DNA of 64,000 nucleotides, taken from the NCBI GenBank assembly GCA_964016885.1, contig OZ024740.1, forward strand, positions 289,726,001-289,790,000, given 5' to 3'. Each line of letters begins with the position of its first letter. Position 1 is the stretch's first letter. Under the pieces are notes generated by a model. That model made no database searches. It was not told the DNA's origin and saw only the letters and a list, made by a program, of their open reading frames with translations. Positions 1 to 12,427 of the stretch are shown piece after piece. The translations under genes were made by a program, and so were the position numbers. This stretch comes from Eledone cirrhosa (Eukaryota).

Positions 1-1954
1 TACAGAGAAGCCTTTCGTCATCAGGGAAGTCTATTCTCAGCTAAGTTTCCAGGCAATACGTGGACACAGGGAACTTATCAAAAATAATTCAGTGGATGGA
101 AAAAAGCAAAGCGTGGACTAAATTCCAAGCCATTGAGAAAATCACTGCCTACTGCGTCGGTGGCAAATTCAAAACAATCAATCACGTGACATCGAGGTCA
201 ATCAGTGAAGAGTGTTTTGTTAAGAAGACAGCAGCCGGACTGTTACTAAAGTATCAGTTTTAGCCAATTTTTGCTCGACAAATAATTTGGAGATAATTAT
301 AAAGAATTAGTATATCTAGTAACATATATATACACAGATGCATACTTATGCCAGCAAATATATAGGTTTTGTCTTAGTAACTTTGTGGTTCAATGCATGG
401 TGATGCAGAACAATAATATGAGAGACGTAAAATAAGAGAATTATAAAATTAACTTACTAAAATTTCACTCCAACTAATTAGTTTCTGAAAGGGAATAAAC
501 ATACTTTCCGAAGAAACGTACAGAGAAGCCTTTCGTCATCAGGGAAGTCTATTCTCAGCTAAGTTTCCAGGCAATACGTGGACACAGGGAACTTATCAAA
601 AATAATTCAGTGGATGGAAAAAAGCAAAGCGTGGACTAAATTCCAAGCCATTGAGAAAATCACTGCCTACTGCGTCGGTGGCAAATTCAAAACAATCAAT
701 CACGTGACATCGAGGTCAATCAGTGAAGAGTGTTTTGTTAAGAAGACAGCAGCCGGACTGTTACTAAAGTATCAGTTTTAGCCAATTTTTGCTCGACAAA
801 TAATTTGGAGATAATTATAAAGAATTAGTATATCTAGTAACATATATATACACAGATGCATACTTATGCCAGCAAATATATAGGTTTTGTCTTAGTAACT
901 TTGTGGTTCAATGCATGGTGATGCAGAACAATAATATGAGAGACGTAAAATAAGAGAATTATAAAATTAACTTACTAAAATTTCACTCCAACTAATTAGT
1001 TTCTGAAAGGGAATAAACATACTTTCCGAAGAAACGTACAGAGAAGCCTTTCGTCATCAGGGAAGTCTATTCTCAGCTAAGTTTCCAGGCAATACGTGGA
1101 CACAGGGAACTTATCAAAAATAATTCAGTGGATGGAAAAAAGCAAAGCGTGGACTAAATTCCAAGCCATTGAGAAAATCACTGCCTACTGCGTCGGTGGC
1201 AAATTCAAAACAATCAATCACGTGACATCGAGGTCAATCAGTGAAGAGTGTTTTGTTAAGAAGACAGCAGCCGGACTGTTACTAAAGTATCAGTTTTAGC
1301 CAATTTTTGCTCGACAAATAATTTGGAGATAATTATAAAGAATTAGTATATCTAGTAACATATATATACACAGATGCATACTTATGCCAGCAAATATATA
1401 GGTTTTGTCTTAGTAACTTTGTGGTTCAATGCATGGTGATGCAGAACAATAATATGAGAGACGTAAAATAAGAGAATTATAAAATTAACTTACTAAAATT
1501 TCACTCCAACTAATTAGTTTCTGAAAGGGAATAAACATACTTTCCGAAGAAACGTACAGAGAAGCCTTTCGTCATCAGGGAAGTCTATTCTCAGCTAAGT
1601 TTCCAGGCAATACGTGGACACAGGGAACTTATCAAAAATAATTCAGTGGATGGAAAAAAGCAAAGCGTGGACTAAATTCCAAGCCATTGAGAAAATCACT
1701 GCCTACTGCGTCGGTGGCAAATTCAAAACAATCAATCACGTGACATCGAGGTCAATCAGTGAAGAGTGTTTTGTTAAGAAGACAGCAGCCGGACTGTTAC
1801 TAAAGTATCAGTTTTAGCCAATTTTTGCTCGACAAATAATTTGGAGATAATTATAAAGAATTAGTATATCTAGTAACATATATATACACAGATGCATACT
1901 TATGCCAGCAAATATATAGGTTTTGTCTTAGTAACTTTGTGGTTCAATGCATGG

Positions 1955-1955
<1 letters not shown>
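1..1955 (-). repeat. 518-bp tandem array (~3.8 apparently identical units, open at the window edge), one hammerhead motif per unit; retrozyme-like or tandem pseudo-LTR
   Basis: Unit TACAGAGAAGCCTTTCGTCATCAGG restarts at 1, 519, 1037 and 1555. The array ends in (TA)n at ~1956. Confidence 0.95.
467..548 (-). ncRNA. Type I hammerhead ribozyme motif with 50-nt stem II (also at 985-1066 and 1503-1584)
   Basis: Minus strand: ACTTCC-CTGATGA-cGAAAGG...CCTTTCa-GAAAC-TAATTA-GTT-GGAGT. Stem III is palindromic. Confidence 0.75.
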
Positions 1956-1994
<39 letters not shown>

Positions 1995-2008
1995 ACGACA
2001 TTTTGATC

Positions 2009-2038
<30 letters not shown>

Positions 2039-2040
<2 letters not shown>

Positions 2041-2220
2041 CGAAGGAAATGTGGTAAGGAACCAAGTGGACCATAACGCACGAAAGTACTCAATACTTAG
2101 GGTAGTAGAGTGGGTAATAGGAACGAGCAGGACCCCGACGGCTGAGCTCAAGCCGTTTCGACGGCTAATTGAATTAGCCGTCGAAACGGCTTGAGCTCAG
2201 CCGTCGGGGTCCTACTCGTT

Positions 2221-2225
<5 letters not shown>
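2039..2225. mobile_element. ~190-bp palindromic mini-element in (TA)n, copy A
   Basis: Inverted repeat 2117-2225 centred at ~2171. Contains GAAACGGCTTGAGCTCAGCCGTC on both strands. Six copies in the window. Confidence 0.85.
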
Positions 2226-2304
<79 letters not shown>

Positions 2305-2306
<2 letters not shown>

Positions 2307-2496
2307 GAAGGAAATGTGGTAAGGAACCAGGTGGACCATAACGCACCAAAGTACTCAATACTTAGGGTAGTAGAGTGGGTAATAGGAACAAGTAAGACCC
2401 CGACGGCTGAGCTCAAGCCGTTTCGACGGCTAATTCTGGACTGAATTAGCCGTCGAAACGGCTTGAGCTCAGCCGTCGGGGTCTTACTTGTTCCTA
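2305..2496. mobile_element. Palindromic mini-element, copy B
   Basis: Near-identical to 2039-2225, with spacer CTGGACTG. Flanked by (TA)n. Confidence 0.85.
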
Positions 2497-3261
2497 TATA
2501 TATATATATACATATATCGTGACCTAAGTAGACCTGCTTTTTCTAAAAGAAATTTCTTTTCATTTCTGCCACTACTCACTCGCCTCAATTTTTCCATTTA
2601 TTCCTTAATTTCTCATTTTTATTTTCATTTTATTTTCTGACAGAATCTGAAATGTTAAGAATCTTTTTCTAATATATCAAGCTAAAAACTAATATATGTC
2701 GTCGTTTTCTTTGTTATTTCTGGTTTCCATTCTACCTTGGTTATTATTTAACATAACCGACGAGATAAAAATTGTTAAATGCGCACTCTGACATAACAAG
2801 ACTCCACCCCCGTAACTCCAAAGTACCCTTTCTTACTGGTCATGTTTCTTCTACCCACTTATTAATTTTTTATGTCGATGTTTTACTTCAATTTATCATT
2901 CAAATATTCCATTTCAGGTCGATATATTTGGTTGTAATTTTTAAACATGGCTTCTTTTAGATGGTTGTTCTACCTGGGAAACTTTTATACGAATACGCCT
3001 AGTGTATATAATGCACCATCTACACGATCGTATGGAATGACATTAATAAGTAATATTTGACATCTATATACTGCTACAGAGTTATCGATTTTACACATTT
3101 ATACATTGAGTTCTATATTTTAGATATCAGTTTTCGAACGAAGCTGAACAATATATATATATATATATATATATAATGGAAAAATTTGAACAGGGACAAA
3201 ACAGAGAGGCAGTACAACGAATGTTTATTAATTTCACGCTCTGGAGAGTGTGGTGTTGGTG

Positions 3262-3300
3262 GGGGACGACGTTTCGGGCATAAGCCCTTCCTCAGGTGAG
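3262..3300 (-). ncRNA. Minimal hammerhead motif in a short PLE terminal fragment
   Basis: Minus strand: CTGAGGA-AGGGCTTATGCCC-GAAAC-GTC-GTC. Lies in a ~260-bp island between (TA)n tracts. Stem I pairing is poor. Confidence 0.7.
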
Positions 3301-3434
3301 AAGTGTGTGGGAACAGAGTTCAAAGGGTGGGTAGGGGAGTGGTGGAGAGACATATAGCGAAAGGAAACGGTGCGAATGAAAAAATAAAAAATAAAGATAA
3401 AAATAAAATTAAAGCATGATTAAAATACAAGGAA

Positions 3435-3518
<84 letters not shown>

Positions 3519-3710
3519 TAAGTACTAGCCGGTTATATATATATATATATGCTAATTACTAGCCGGTTATATATATATATATATATATATATATACTAAG
3601 TACTAGCCGGTTACCGGTATGACAGAAGGCTCAATGCAAATTTTCAAGTGTTTTACAGAGCCGAGATACAAAGTGTTAAAACGATCAAATTTTAGTTTAG
3701 AACATTTATT

Positions 3711-3758
3711 TGCTGACAATTGTTTCTTCCAGGGGGAAGTCTGGAATCATCGGAGCAT
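3711..3758 (-). ncRNA. Hammerhead motif (CCGATGA core variant); mirror copy at 7479-7526 (+)
   Basis: TGCT-CCGATGA-TTCCAG..CTGGAA-GAAAC-AATT-GTC-AGCA, followed by AATAAA. Confidence 0.7.
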
Positions 3759-4680
3759 AAGGAATGTCGAAACATGTAACTAAAATCCTAGTCATTTAGA
3801 ACATTTAGGGTACATAATTGTTATTAGTGTCAAAGGCATCATGTGGAGAGTTAGGAGTTAAAAAGATGTTCTGCTTGAAAGAACACAATTACAAGCAGCA
3901 CTGGTTGGAAGTGTAATAGGTATAAGTAAAAAGCACAAACAAAGAATCACAAGCCCCCCAAAAAACACAGGCAAAAAGGTTATAAGCAAGGAAAATTGGT
4001 GTACAATGCATGTATGAGGAAAGAGTTATAATGTAGTTGAAATAAATATATTTTATGTGGGGTGTTAAAGCATGTTATAATTCTTATAAATGTTTATGAT
4101 AGTGTGCAATTTGTTAGAGAGGCATGTGGTGATAATGTAGGTATTTGTTATGTAAGGTGTAATGCAAAGCACGTGATAGAATTAGGTATGTGATTTTCAT
4201 TTAAGTGTTTTTGTGTTGTAGTTCGTATTTATGTGTATGTGTTGTTTGTTACGCACGGCTATTAACCATGGGATTATATTTGAGTCGTTTATAGTCAATA
4301 GGTGTTTGCTTGTTAAATGTAAATTCTGCCGAATTACTGGCCATAGTTGAAGTTTTTTTATGACATGATAGTGAGTTGCATAATATATACTGGAGTAATT
4401 GGAGTTATATACACAGTTGTCTGCTATTTAGTTGGTGTTGTATATTGAGAGATTATCATAGTGTCTATATTATTTTAATATTTTAATTGTGTAAGGTAAG
4501 AGATCAAACAGGGGTTTATTGACTGTATGTAGGTCAGTGTGGTCTTTTATTTAAGGTGTAGTCCTATATTCATGAAGGTCTAGTTGGATAAATGAAGGTC
4601 TAGTTGGATAAATTAAAAGGTGGTGGTCTAGTGTTATCTCCGTCATTGGTCTTTATTTTTATTTTTATTATTATTATTAT

Positions 4681-6427
4681 TAGTTACTAGGTTTGGAGTA
4701 GTGGAACGAGAATCTATGGTAATGTGGACATGTATAGAAGACCTCTGATTTCCTATTTAGTAGGCTAAGGTTAGAGTGAATAATATTTTTAGACTCGAGG
4801 ATGCAAAGGTTACAAAATTTGTTAGGTGGTCTATATGAAGGGGCCTTAGCTATCACTTCCCATTTTAAGGTGTATGGTATGTTACTTGATTTTAATGAGT
4901 GTATGTGGATAGTGAGGTTACGTTGCTAAGTTTAGGGTTTCTGAACGAATGAAGGTGTGAATTATATCTGGTCTTAAAGCTTTTCGATGTTGAGCCTATA
5001 TATACTTTCGAGATGTGATTAGCGGTTACAGTACCGGAGTAAACAATGTCTTTAATTAGGCAGTTCTTATTTAATGGGCCTGTCTTGTTAGGCCTAGAAT
5101 TACAATTGTTTTGGTAACTAGTATAGTGGTTAAGGGGGTATGCATTTGAGTGGTTGTTTCTGTTTCTACTTCTAGTATTATGATTATGGTGAGTATTATT
5201 ATTATTGGTATTATTAGTGTGGCTTGCTGTATGGTCTTGTACCGTGTTATTGTTCACGTTATTTCTATGCTGGACATTATTACTTTGGTGTAATTTGAAG
5301 TACTTTGTAATCTTTCTCTTGTTGGTGCTGGCTATATGGTCTGCTATATTAGGTGTGGTGGAATAGGATATTTTAATTGTGTTTTTGTTAAATAGGTTGT
5401 GGTATTTATGGTTAGTTGGGAAGTTTTTATCTAGAGTAGAGAAGAAAGCCTTAGGTATGTTTGTTGATACATTTAAGTTGAGCGGAGGGTTAAAAAATGT
5501 GCTACTTTTTCTTCTATTCTTCTTATGGTTGTTATTCTTACTACTGTTTAGTGTGGTGTTAGGTTCCTCCTTATCTATATTTTTCTTTCTGTGGTGTTTC
5601 TTAGGATTATTGCTCGGGTGTGATTTAACTTGTATGGTGTCCTTTGTATCGGAGTCAGGATTTTTCAATACTATGGTCATATTTATTTTTATTCATGGCC
5701 ATGTTGTGTGAAATTATAGTAAGTTGTTTATGGATGGTTGACGATTTAGATTTAAATTTAATTTTATCTCTATGGCCGGAACGGGCTAAGGCTTCATTAT
5801 AGTATTGGGAGTTACGATTAAATGTATTCTCGTTGTAAGAAAGGCTAGAGATTCTATTAGATGCACCTTTAATGATTGAGGTCAGTACAGATTTAGGGTG
5901 GTTAGAGTTGGTATTAACATAGAAAAATTTTTCATTAGGATTATGATAAGGTGTGTATTTTTAGGGTCTAAGTAGAGAGTGACGTCCAGGAAGTTAACAT
6001 TTTTGGTGTTTTTATCTAAAGTGATATCTAAGTTATAGTTTTTAAATATTTTATGTAATTGTTTTCTAGCTCTTTCTGTATTGAACTCTTTCTAGTCTAA
6101 GAGGAAAAGTGCGTCGTCTCGGTAGGGCCCATCGTTGAGGTAAGGTAGGTTCTTGTGTATTTCGTTTATTAGAAATAGACCGACCAAGGCGGTTACCTGT
6201 GCCGAGTCACTAGATCCCATGGTGATATCGAAGTTGTTGGGTGTATTCTTGCGGGTCCATAGTTGGTCTTCAAATTTAATTATTGTTTTCCTGGTCGCAA
6301 GGATTATATCTACCTGGGATCTAGTGAGTTCACTGTTGTTCATGGCCATTATTAATGGCTTTATTTAGGAGGATAGGTGAAATAGAGGTGTAGTAGGAGT
6401 TTATATCAAATTGGATGAGTTTCTTCT

Positions 6428-6428
<1 letters not shown>
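4681..6428 (-). pseudogene. PLE reverse transcriptase + GIY-YIG endonuclease, frameshifted
   Basis: Motifs QFDINSYYTSISP, FDITMGSSDSAQ, YRDD, FNPPLN, CLIKDIVYSGTV...YIGSTSKSFKTRYNSH. Homologous to ORF 54361-56148. Confidence 0.88.
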
Positions 6429-6484
<56 letters not shown>

Positions 6485-6517
6485 ATGTATATGCATATGC
6501 ATATGTGTGTGTGTGTA

Positions 6518-6550
<33 letters not shown>

Positions 6551-7571
6551 GCATTCTCACGCATATGTATATACCTTATATTATATATACATATACCAAC
6601 TATGTAAAAACTATCTAGTTATAATAAACTAAATAAAAAAATGTTTTTAACCCCCTCCACACAAGTTTAAAAGATAACAATTATATAGCCAATAATATTT
6701 TATATTTTATATACTCTATAAAGATTAATTTATAACACTACCACAATATTAAAACAACCCTTAATTTATCAACAACCTTAATTATCTCCCTTTGTTATTA
6801 ACCCCCTTAACAACTTCTGTGTAAACTTATAAAATTGAGCAACATAACGGTTTACCAACAGCTTAATAACGGTTAATACAAATCCTAGAAAAGAAAATTT
6901 GTAGATAAAAAATGCAGAAAATAATATACCTAAAATAACAACAATGACTATAAACGACTCAAAATAATCCCATGGTTAATAGCTGTGAGTAACAAACAGC
7001 ACATACACATAAATACGAACTACAACACAAAAACACTTAAATGAAAATCACATACCCAACTCTATCACGTGCTTTACATTATACCTTACATATCAAATAC
7101 CTACATTATCACCACATGCCTGTCATGCCTGTAACAATTATAACATGCTTTATCACCTCACACAAAATATGTTTATTTCAACTGCATTATAACTTTCCTC
7201 ATACATGCATTATTAACTGTATTGACTCCTGCACTGTACACCAATTTTCCTTGCTTATAACATTTTTGCTTGTATTTTTTTTGCTTGTGATTCTTTGTTT
7301 GTGATTTTTACTTATACCTATTACACTTCTAACCAGTGCTGCCTGTAATTGTGTTCTTTCAAGCAGAACATCCTTTTAACTCCTGACTCTCCGCATGATG
7401 TCTTTGACACTAATAACAATTTTGTACCCTAAATGTTCTAAATGACTAGGATTTTAGTTACATGTTCCGACATTCCTTATGCTCCGATGATTCCAGACGT
7501 CCCTCTGGAAGAAACAATTGTCAGAAAATAAATGTTCTAAAGTAAAGAAAATTTTGATCGTTTTAACACTT

Positions 7572-7619
<48 letters not shown>

Positions 7620-8235
7620 AGAGTATTGAAGTTTGCTTGAAGCATTGTGGAATAATAATTTTTTGGGGATCGTTTTGGAAGCCTCAACAATGCAGTTGGG
7701 TAAATCTCCGGGTAACAGAATCCGGTGGTGAAGAGAGAGATGTGAGAGGAAATGTAGAATGAGATGTATAGTGTTTAGAGGAACGTAGGAAAGAGCGTAA
7801 AAAATAAAAATAATAACACGAGATAGAGGTACCTTGGGAGAGATTTAATTGTCCGTATATTTCGGATTCGCATCCATCAACTGGGGGGGTTTTCAGAAAT
7901 GGGGGGGGGGGGGTTATTATATGTCGGAGAGGAACGGTACGTGGCCTCTGTTGTCCGCGGTTTGTGTGTAACTGAGATATTCTGTAGAGCGCACGTGCAT
8001 GCGGAATAGGTGCGGTCAAGCAAAGGTCGAAGGAGCTACTTTTTATTGTGGGAGTGGGATGGTGGTAGCTGTCAATCCATTGTACTACCTATATGTACTA
8101 GTCTTTGGTACTAGCAGTGTAGTAGTCTGTCTGGTCGCTTGTTGGTCGGTGGATTGTAGGGGCGCTAAACACACAATAACAATCGCTCGAATGCCACTGT
8201 GTGTGTGTGTGTGCGTGTGTTGTTGTCTCGTTCTT

Positions 8236-10843
8236 TTACACCAGCCACCCCTTCTCGCTTCTTTCGCATCTGTTACTTATTTGTGGTCCTAGGCGTTTGA
8301 TCCAAAGTCCTTCCTTGATTCGTAACGTGCCGACGTTGCGTTCTGTCTCTAGCACTGTGACAATTGGCCTTCCTTCTTTGTTTCGGCATTTGGTTATGTG
8401 TTTCCGGAAAGACGAGGCCCTGGTGTTGATGTGCTCCTTGATCCGGTTATGTAGCGGCCGGATTGTGCTACCGATATAGTAGTGGTGGCACTTGTCACAT
8501 TCTACCTTGTATACAACGTATGTGCGTAAGCAACAGTTCGTATGGCGCATCGGACAGTTTCTGAGGGAACACGCGTCAGTCAATTTCCCTGGTTTCCTGG
8601 AGAGGCATATCCGTAGAGGGGGGGGGGGGGGGGGGCAGGTGGATGTCGAAGCTCTCTCTGCGGATAGCGTTGGTGGTTTTCTCGCCCAGGTGTGGGATTT
8701 TAAGGAAGCACTTGCCTTGGGTATTTCTCTGCCTCTTGCGTCTGGTGTCTCTTACTCTGTTTGTAAGCGAGGCTGGGTATCCGTTCGTCTCCTGCACCCT
8801 GAGGAATCGCTTGGTGAGGATGGCACCACTCATGCGATGTTTACATCTGTTTTTAATTCGCGTGATCTCGTTCGTGATGTACCCTCTTTTAGCACTGTTA
8901 GGGAGGGCAGATTTGTAGTGGACGAACAAGTCCCTGCAGGCTGCCTTGCGGTAGAAGTTGGTGTGGATCTCTCCCTGCTCCGTGAAGTTGATTCGGAAGT
9001 CGAGGAAGGCAAGGGACCCGTCGTCGTTGGGGTGTTCAACACTGAAATCAATATTCTCGTCCGTATTGTTGAACGTCTCATAAATTCCGCTCGCCATCTC
9101 CTGGGAAGATGTGAGGATGAGGATGTCGTCCATGTACCTTGAGAAAGAAGCGACCGCGTTGGGGTAGCAGGTGTTGAGTGCCTTGCGCTCGAAGCTGTCC
9201 ATGTATGAGATCGCTAGCACACCCGACAGGCTTGAGCCCATGGGTAGCTCCGAGGTTTACCGGTATGTTTGGTCGAGAAAACCGAAATACGTGTTGTAAA
9301 CGACGACGGATAGGAGCTGGTGGATGTCAGTGGGTGTGAGCCCGAAGCAGTGTAGGTCGGTAGATTGAACGCGTTCCGTCAGTGTATCAACGGCCGGGAG
9401 AGCCGGGACCGAGGTGTAAAGAGCGACCACATCAAGGCTGAAGGCATACCTGTTAGCTTTCCGGTGTCGGGATCCATTTGATGCAGGCGCTCCAACACCT
9501 CCTCGGAGCTGTTTGCGTGTCCCGGCAAGGTGTCTAGTATGGGTTTGAGTGTTCTGGCTAGGAGCCATGAAATTTTGTAGAGTGGTCCTTCCACGCTCGA
9601 TACAATGGGCCTGATCTTCAGGTCGGGTACCTGTTTGTGTGTTTTCACAAGGTGGTAGAAGGCGGGTAGTCTGCTGTTACTCGTGAGGAGGTTGTATCTG
9701 AGCTTCTTCGGGAGCTTCCGCCGGTCACAGATGCTGGTCCAGACTGCGTTGATGTGCTCCTCGATCTTCGCGGGAGTGATTCCTGTGACTTTGGAGTAGA
9801 GGTTGTCATCGTCAAGGTGTTGGAGGGCCAGGGTCTTGTAGGCCTCTCTGCTGATGACGCAGAATTCTTTTCCCTTGTCGAAGGGAAGGTAGATGAGGTT
9901 CCTCGATTTCAGGTTGGAGAGAGTGGTGAGTTGAGATCTAGTGAGGTTGTGTGTTGTGCGTCTGTGTGTTTGTGTAGGATATCAGAGATGGAGTGTTTTA
10001 ACCTGATGGGTTTAGTGTCGAATTCGTGGTTGGTGGGTGGGGGCTGGAGTGGGTTGTAGAGGTGGTAAGTAGGGAACTTGGGGCGGGTTGTATGGTCGCT
10101 GTTATTTTTCGTGGCGCTGTTGATGGCGGTCACCCATTTAAGTTGGTAGGCAGCTCGGCAGAAGTTGGCTTCGATGTCGAGTTTGAGTCAGTCGTCGAGC
10201 CGCTGTGGGACGATGAACTTGGGTCCGAGACGTAGGAGTTCCAGCTCGTCGTTCGTGAGGGTGCCGGTTAGGTCGGTGACCAGGTGCGTCGCATCGTTGA
10301 GGTGTGGCTCGATTTTGGTGGATATGGCGGCGGTGGTTGTTATGTTGCTGTTTATCACGCGGTTCAGGCCTGTCAGTTTGTTAGTGTCGGTGTTTTCGTT
10401 GTGGAGTTTAAGCAAGATCCACTCATATTTCCGCTTGAGCCGTTTTTTTTTCGTGTTGAACTCTGGAGTGGTAGCACTGGTCGATTGCTTTTGTGATTTT
10501 AAGGAGCAAGTCGCCAAGTGTTATTGTTAATCGATGTGTCCGCTCTGAGAGTGTCCGTTTATGGATGTGTAATTGGCGTTGAGATGTCGCAGGATCTGTT
10601 TGATACACGAGCGGTGTATGCGGCTAGCGGTATTTTGAAAAGCTGGTGTACGTAGGCATCCTGGTAAGCGGATGTTCCTGCTGGTGGTGGGGATGACATC
10701 GTTTTTAGGCAGCGTTTCAGGAAAATAATTTGATACCCAACATTGGCCCATGTCTCCGACAGTCTAAAGTGTTCCCTTACGGATGCAAACAATTCCTGGC
10801 TCAGGTGTAAGGATAAGAGAGTATTGAAGTTTGCTTGAAGCAT
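8236..10843 (-). pseudogene. PLE RT-GIY-YIG ORF, frameshifted
   Basis: LLRLGPKF, KTHK..IRPIVS, SLDVVALYTSVP, MGSSLS, RYMDD, FLD, YRK, VVYKVECDKC..YIGSTIRPLHNRIKEH. Confidence 0.92.
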
Positions 10844-11051
10844 TGTGGAATAATGAATTTTTTTTTTTACGTTTTGGAAGCCTCAACAATGCAGATGGGT
10901 AAATCTCCGGGTAACAGAAACCGGTGGTGAAGAGAGAGATGTAAGAGGATATGTAGAATGAGATGTATAGTGTGTAGAGGAATGTAGGAAAGAGCGTAAA
11001 AAATAAAAATAATAACACGAAATAGAGTTACCCTGGGAGAGATTTAATTGT

Positions 11052-11086
11052 CCCTATATTTCGTTTTCGCATCCATCATCTGGGGG
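11052..11086 (-). ncRNA. Degenerate minimal hammerhead in pseudo-LTR (copies ~7852-7888 - and ~12044-12079 +)
   Basis: Consensus of three copies: CCCC-CAGATGA-TGGATGCGAATCC-GAAA-TA-TA-GGG. Confidence 0.45.
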
Positions 11087-11386
11087 GTTTTCCAGGAGGG
11101 GAGGGGGGGGGGGGGGTTATCTGTCAGAGAGGAACGGTACCTAGCCTCTGTTGTCCGCGGTTTGTGTCTAACTGACATATTCTGTAGAGCACACGTGCGC
11201 GCGGAATAGGTGCGATGAACTTGGGTCCGAGGCATAGGAGTTCCAGCTCGTCATTCGTGAGGGTGCCGTTTAGGTCGGAGAGAGGGCCTCGACATCCACC
11301 TGGTCCACTCGAGCCCCTCCCTACGGAGATGCCTCTCCAGGAAACCCGGTAAATCGACTGACGCGTGCTCCCTCAGAAACTGTCCG

Positions 11387-11701
11387 ATGCACCATACGAA
11401 CTGTTGCTTACGCACATACGTTGTATACAAGGTAGAATGTGACAAGTGCAACCACCACTATATCGGTAGCACAATCCGGCCGCTATATAACCGGATCAAG
11501 GAGCACATCAACACCAGGGCCTCGTCTTTCCGGAAACACATAACCAAATGCGGAAACAAAGACGGAAGGCCCATTGTCACAGTGCTAGAGACAGAACGCA
11601 ACGTCGGCACGTTACGAATCAAGGAAGCACTTTGGATCAAACGCCTAGGCCCACAAATAAGTAACCGATGCGAAAGAAGCGAGAAGAGGTGGCTGGTGTA
11701 A
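11387..11701 (+). pseudogene. GIY-YIG endonuclease fragment in the inverted PLE segment
   Basis: VVYKVECDKCNHHYIGSTIRPLYNRIKEH; near-identical to 8236-8583. Confidence 0.88.
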
Positions 11702-12255
11702 AAAAACGAGACAACAACACACGCACACACACACACACACACACAGTGGCATTCGAGCGATTGTTATTGTGTGTTTAGCGCCCCTACAATCCACCGACCA
11801 ACAAGCGACCAGACAGACCACTACACTGCTACTACCAAAGACTAGTACATATAGGTAGTGCAATGGATTGACAGCTTGCATAATCCCACTCCCACAAAAA
11901 AAGGAGCTGCTTCGACCTTTGCTTGACCGCACCTATTCCGCGCTCATGTGCGCTCTAGAGAATATCTCAGTTAACTCAAACCGCGGACAACAGAGGCCAC
12001 GTACCGTTCCTCTCCGACAGATAATCCCCCCCCCCCCGAAAAACCGACCAGTTGATTGATGCGAATCCGAAATATAGGGACAATTAAATCTCTCCCTATC
12101 TCGTGTTATTATTTTTATTTTTTACGCTCATTCCTACGTTACTCTACACACTATACATCTCATTCTACATTTCCTCTTACAACTTTCTCTTCACCACCGG
12201 ATTCTGTTACCCGGAGATTTACCCATCTTCATTGTTGAGGCTTCCAAAACGACAA

Positions 12256-12301
<46 letters not shown>

Positions 12302-12427
12302 GTATCCACTGTAAGTTGTGGGGTCTATTCTGTATGAAGAACTCAATGTAATCCATATGTTGAAAATGTTGTAGGTTAAGATAAATCTCTGAAAACAATA
12401 AAACATTAAAAGGGAAACAGAGACATG

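Larger units (their letters stand above)
3668..7575 (-). mobile_element. Penelope-like element (Hydra-like clade inferred), 5'-truncated, with an inverted terminal repeat copy
   Basis: RT/GIY-YIG remnants at 4681-6428. Segment 3668-4300 is the reverse complement of ~6940-7575, and both carry a hammerhead. Confidence 0.88.
7617..12262 (-). mobile_element. Near full-length GC-rich Penelope-like element with direct pseudo-LTRs (7617-~7995, 10814-~11212) and an inverted 3' segment (11280-12262)
   Basis: Direct repeat of the terminal ~400 bp. 11280-12262 is the reverse complement of ~7670-8660. Confidence 0.92.

Noticed and set aside
60-1817. Four identical 67-aa ORFs
   Set aside because: GTG start, no recognisable domain, antisense to the ribozyme; a by-product of the 518-bp repeat.
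1-1955. CRISPR-like array
   Set aside because: Units are identical with no variable spacers; eukaryotic context with no cas genes.
8492-10530. Plus-strand ORFs of 70-216 aa
   Set aside because: Antisense shadows of the GC-rich PLE ORF.
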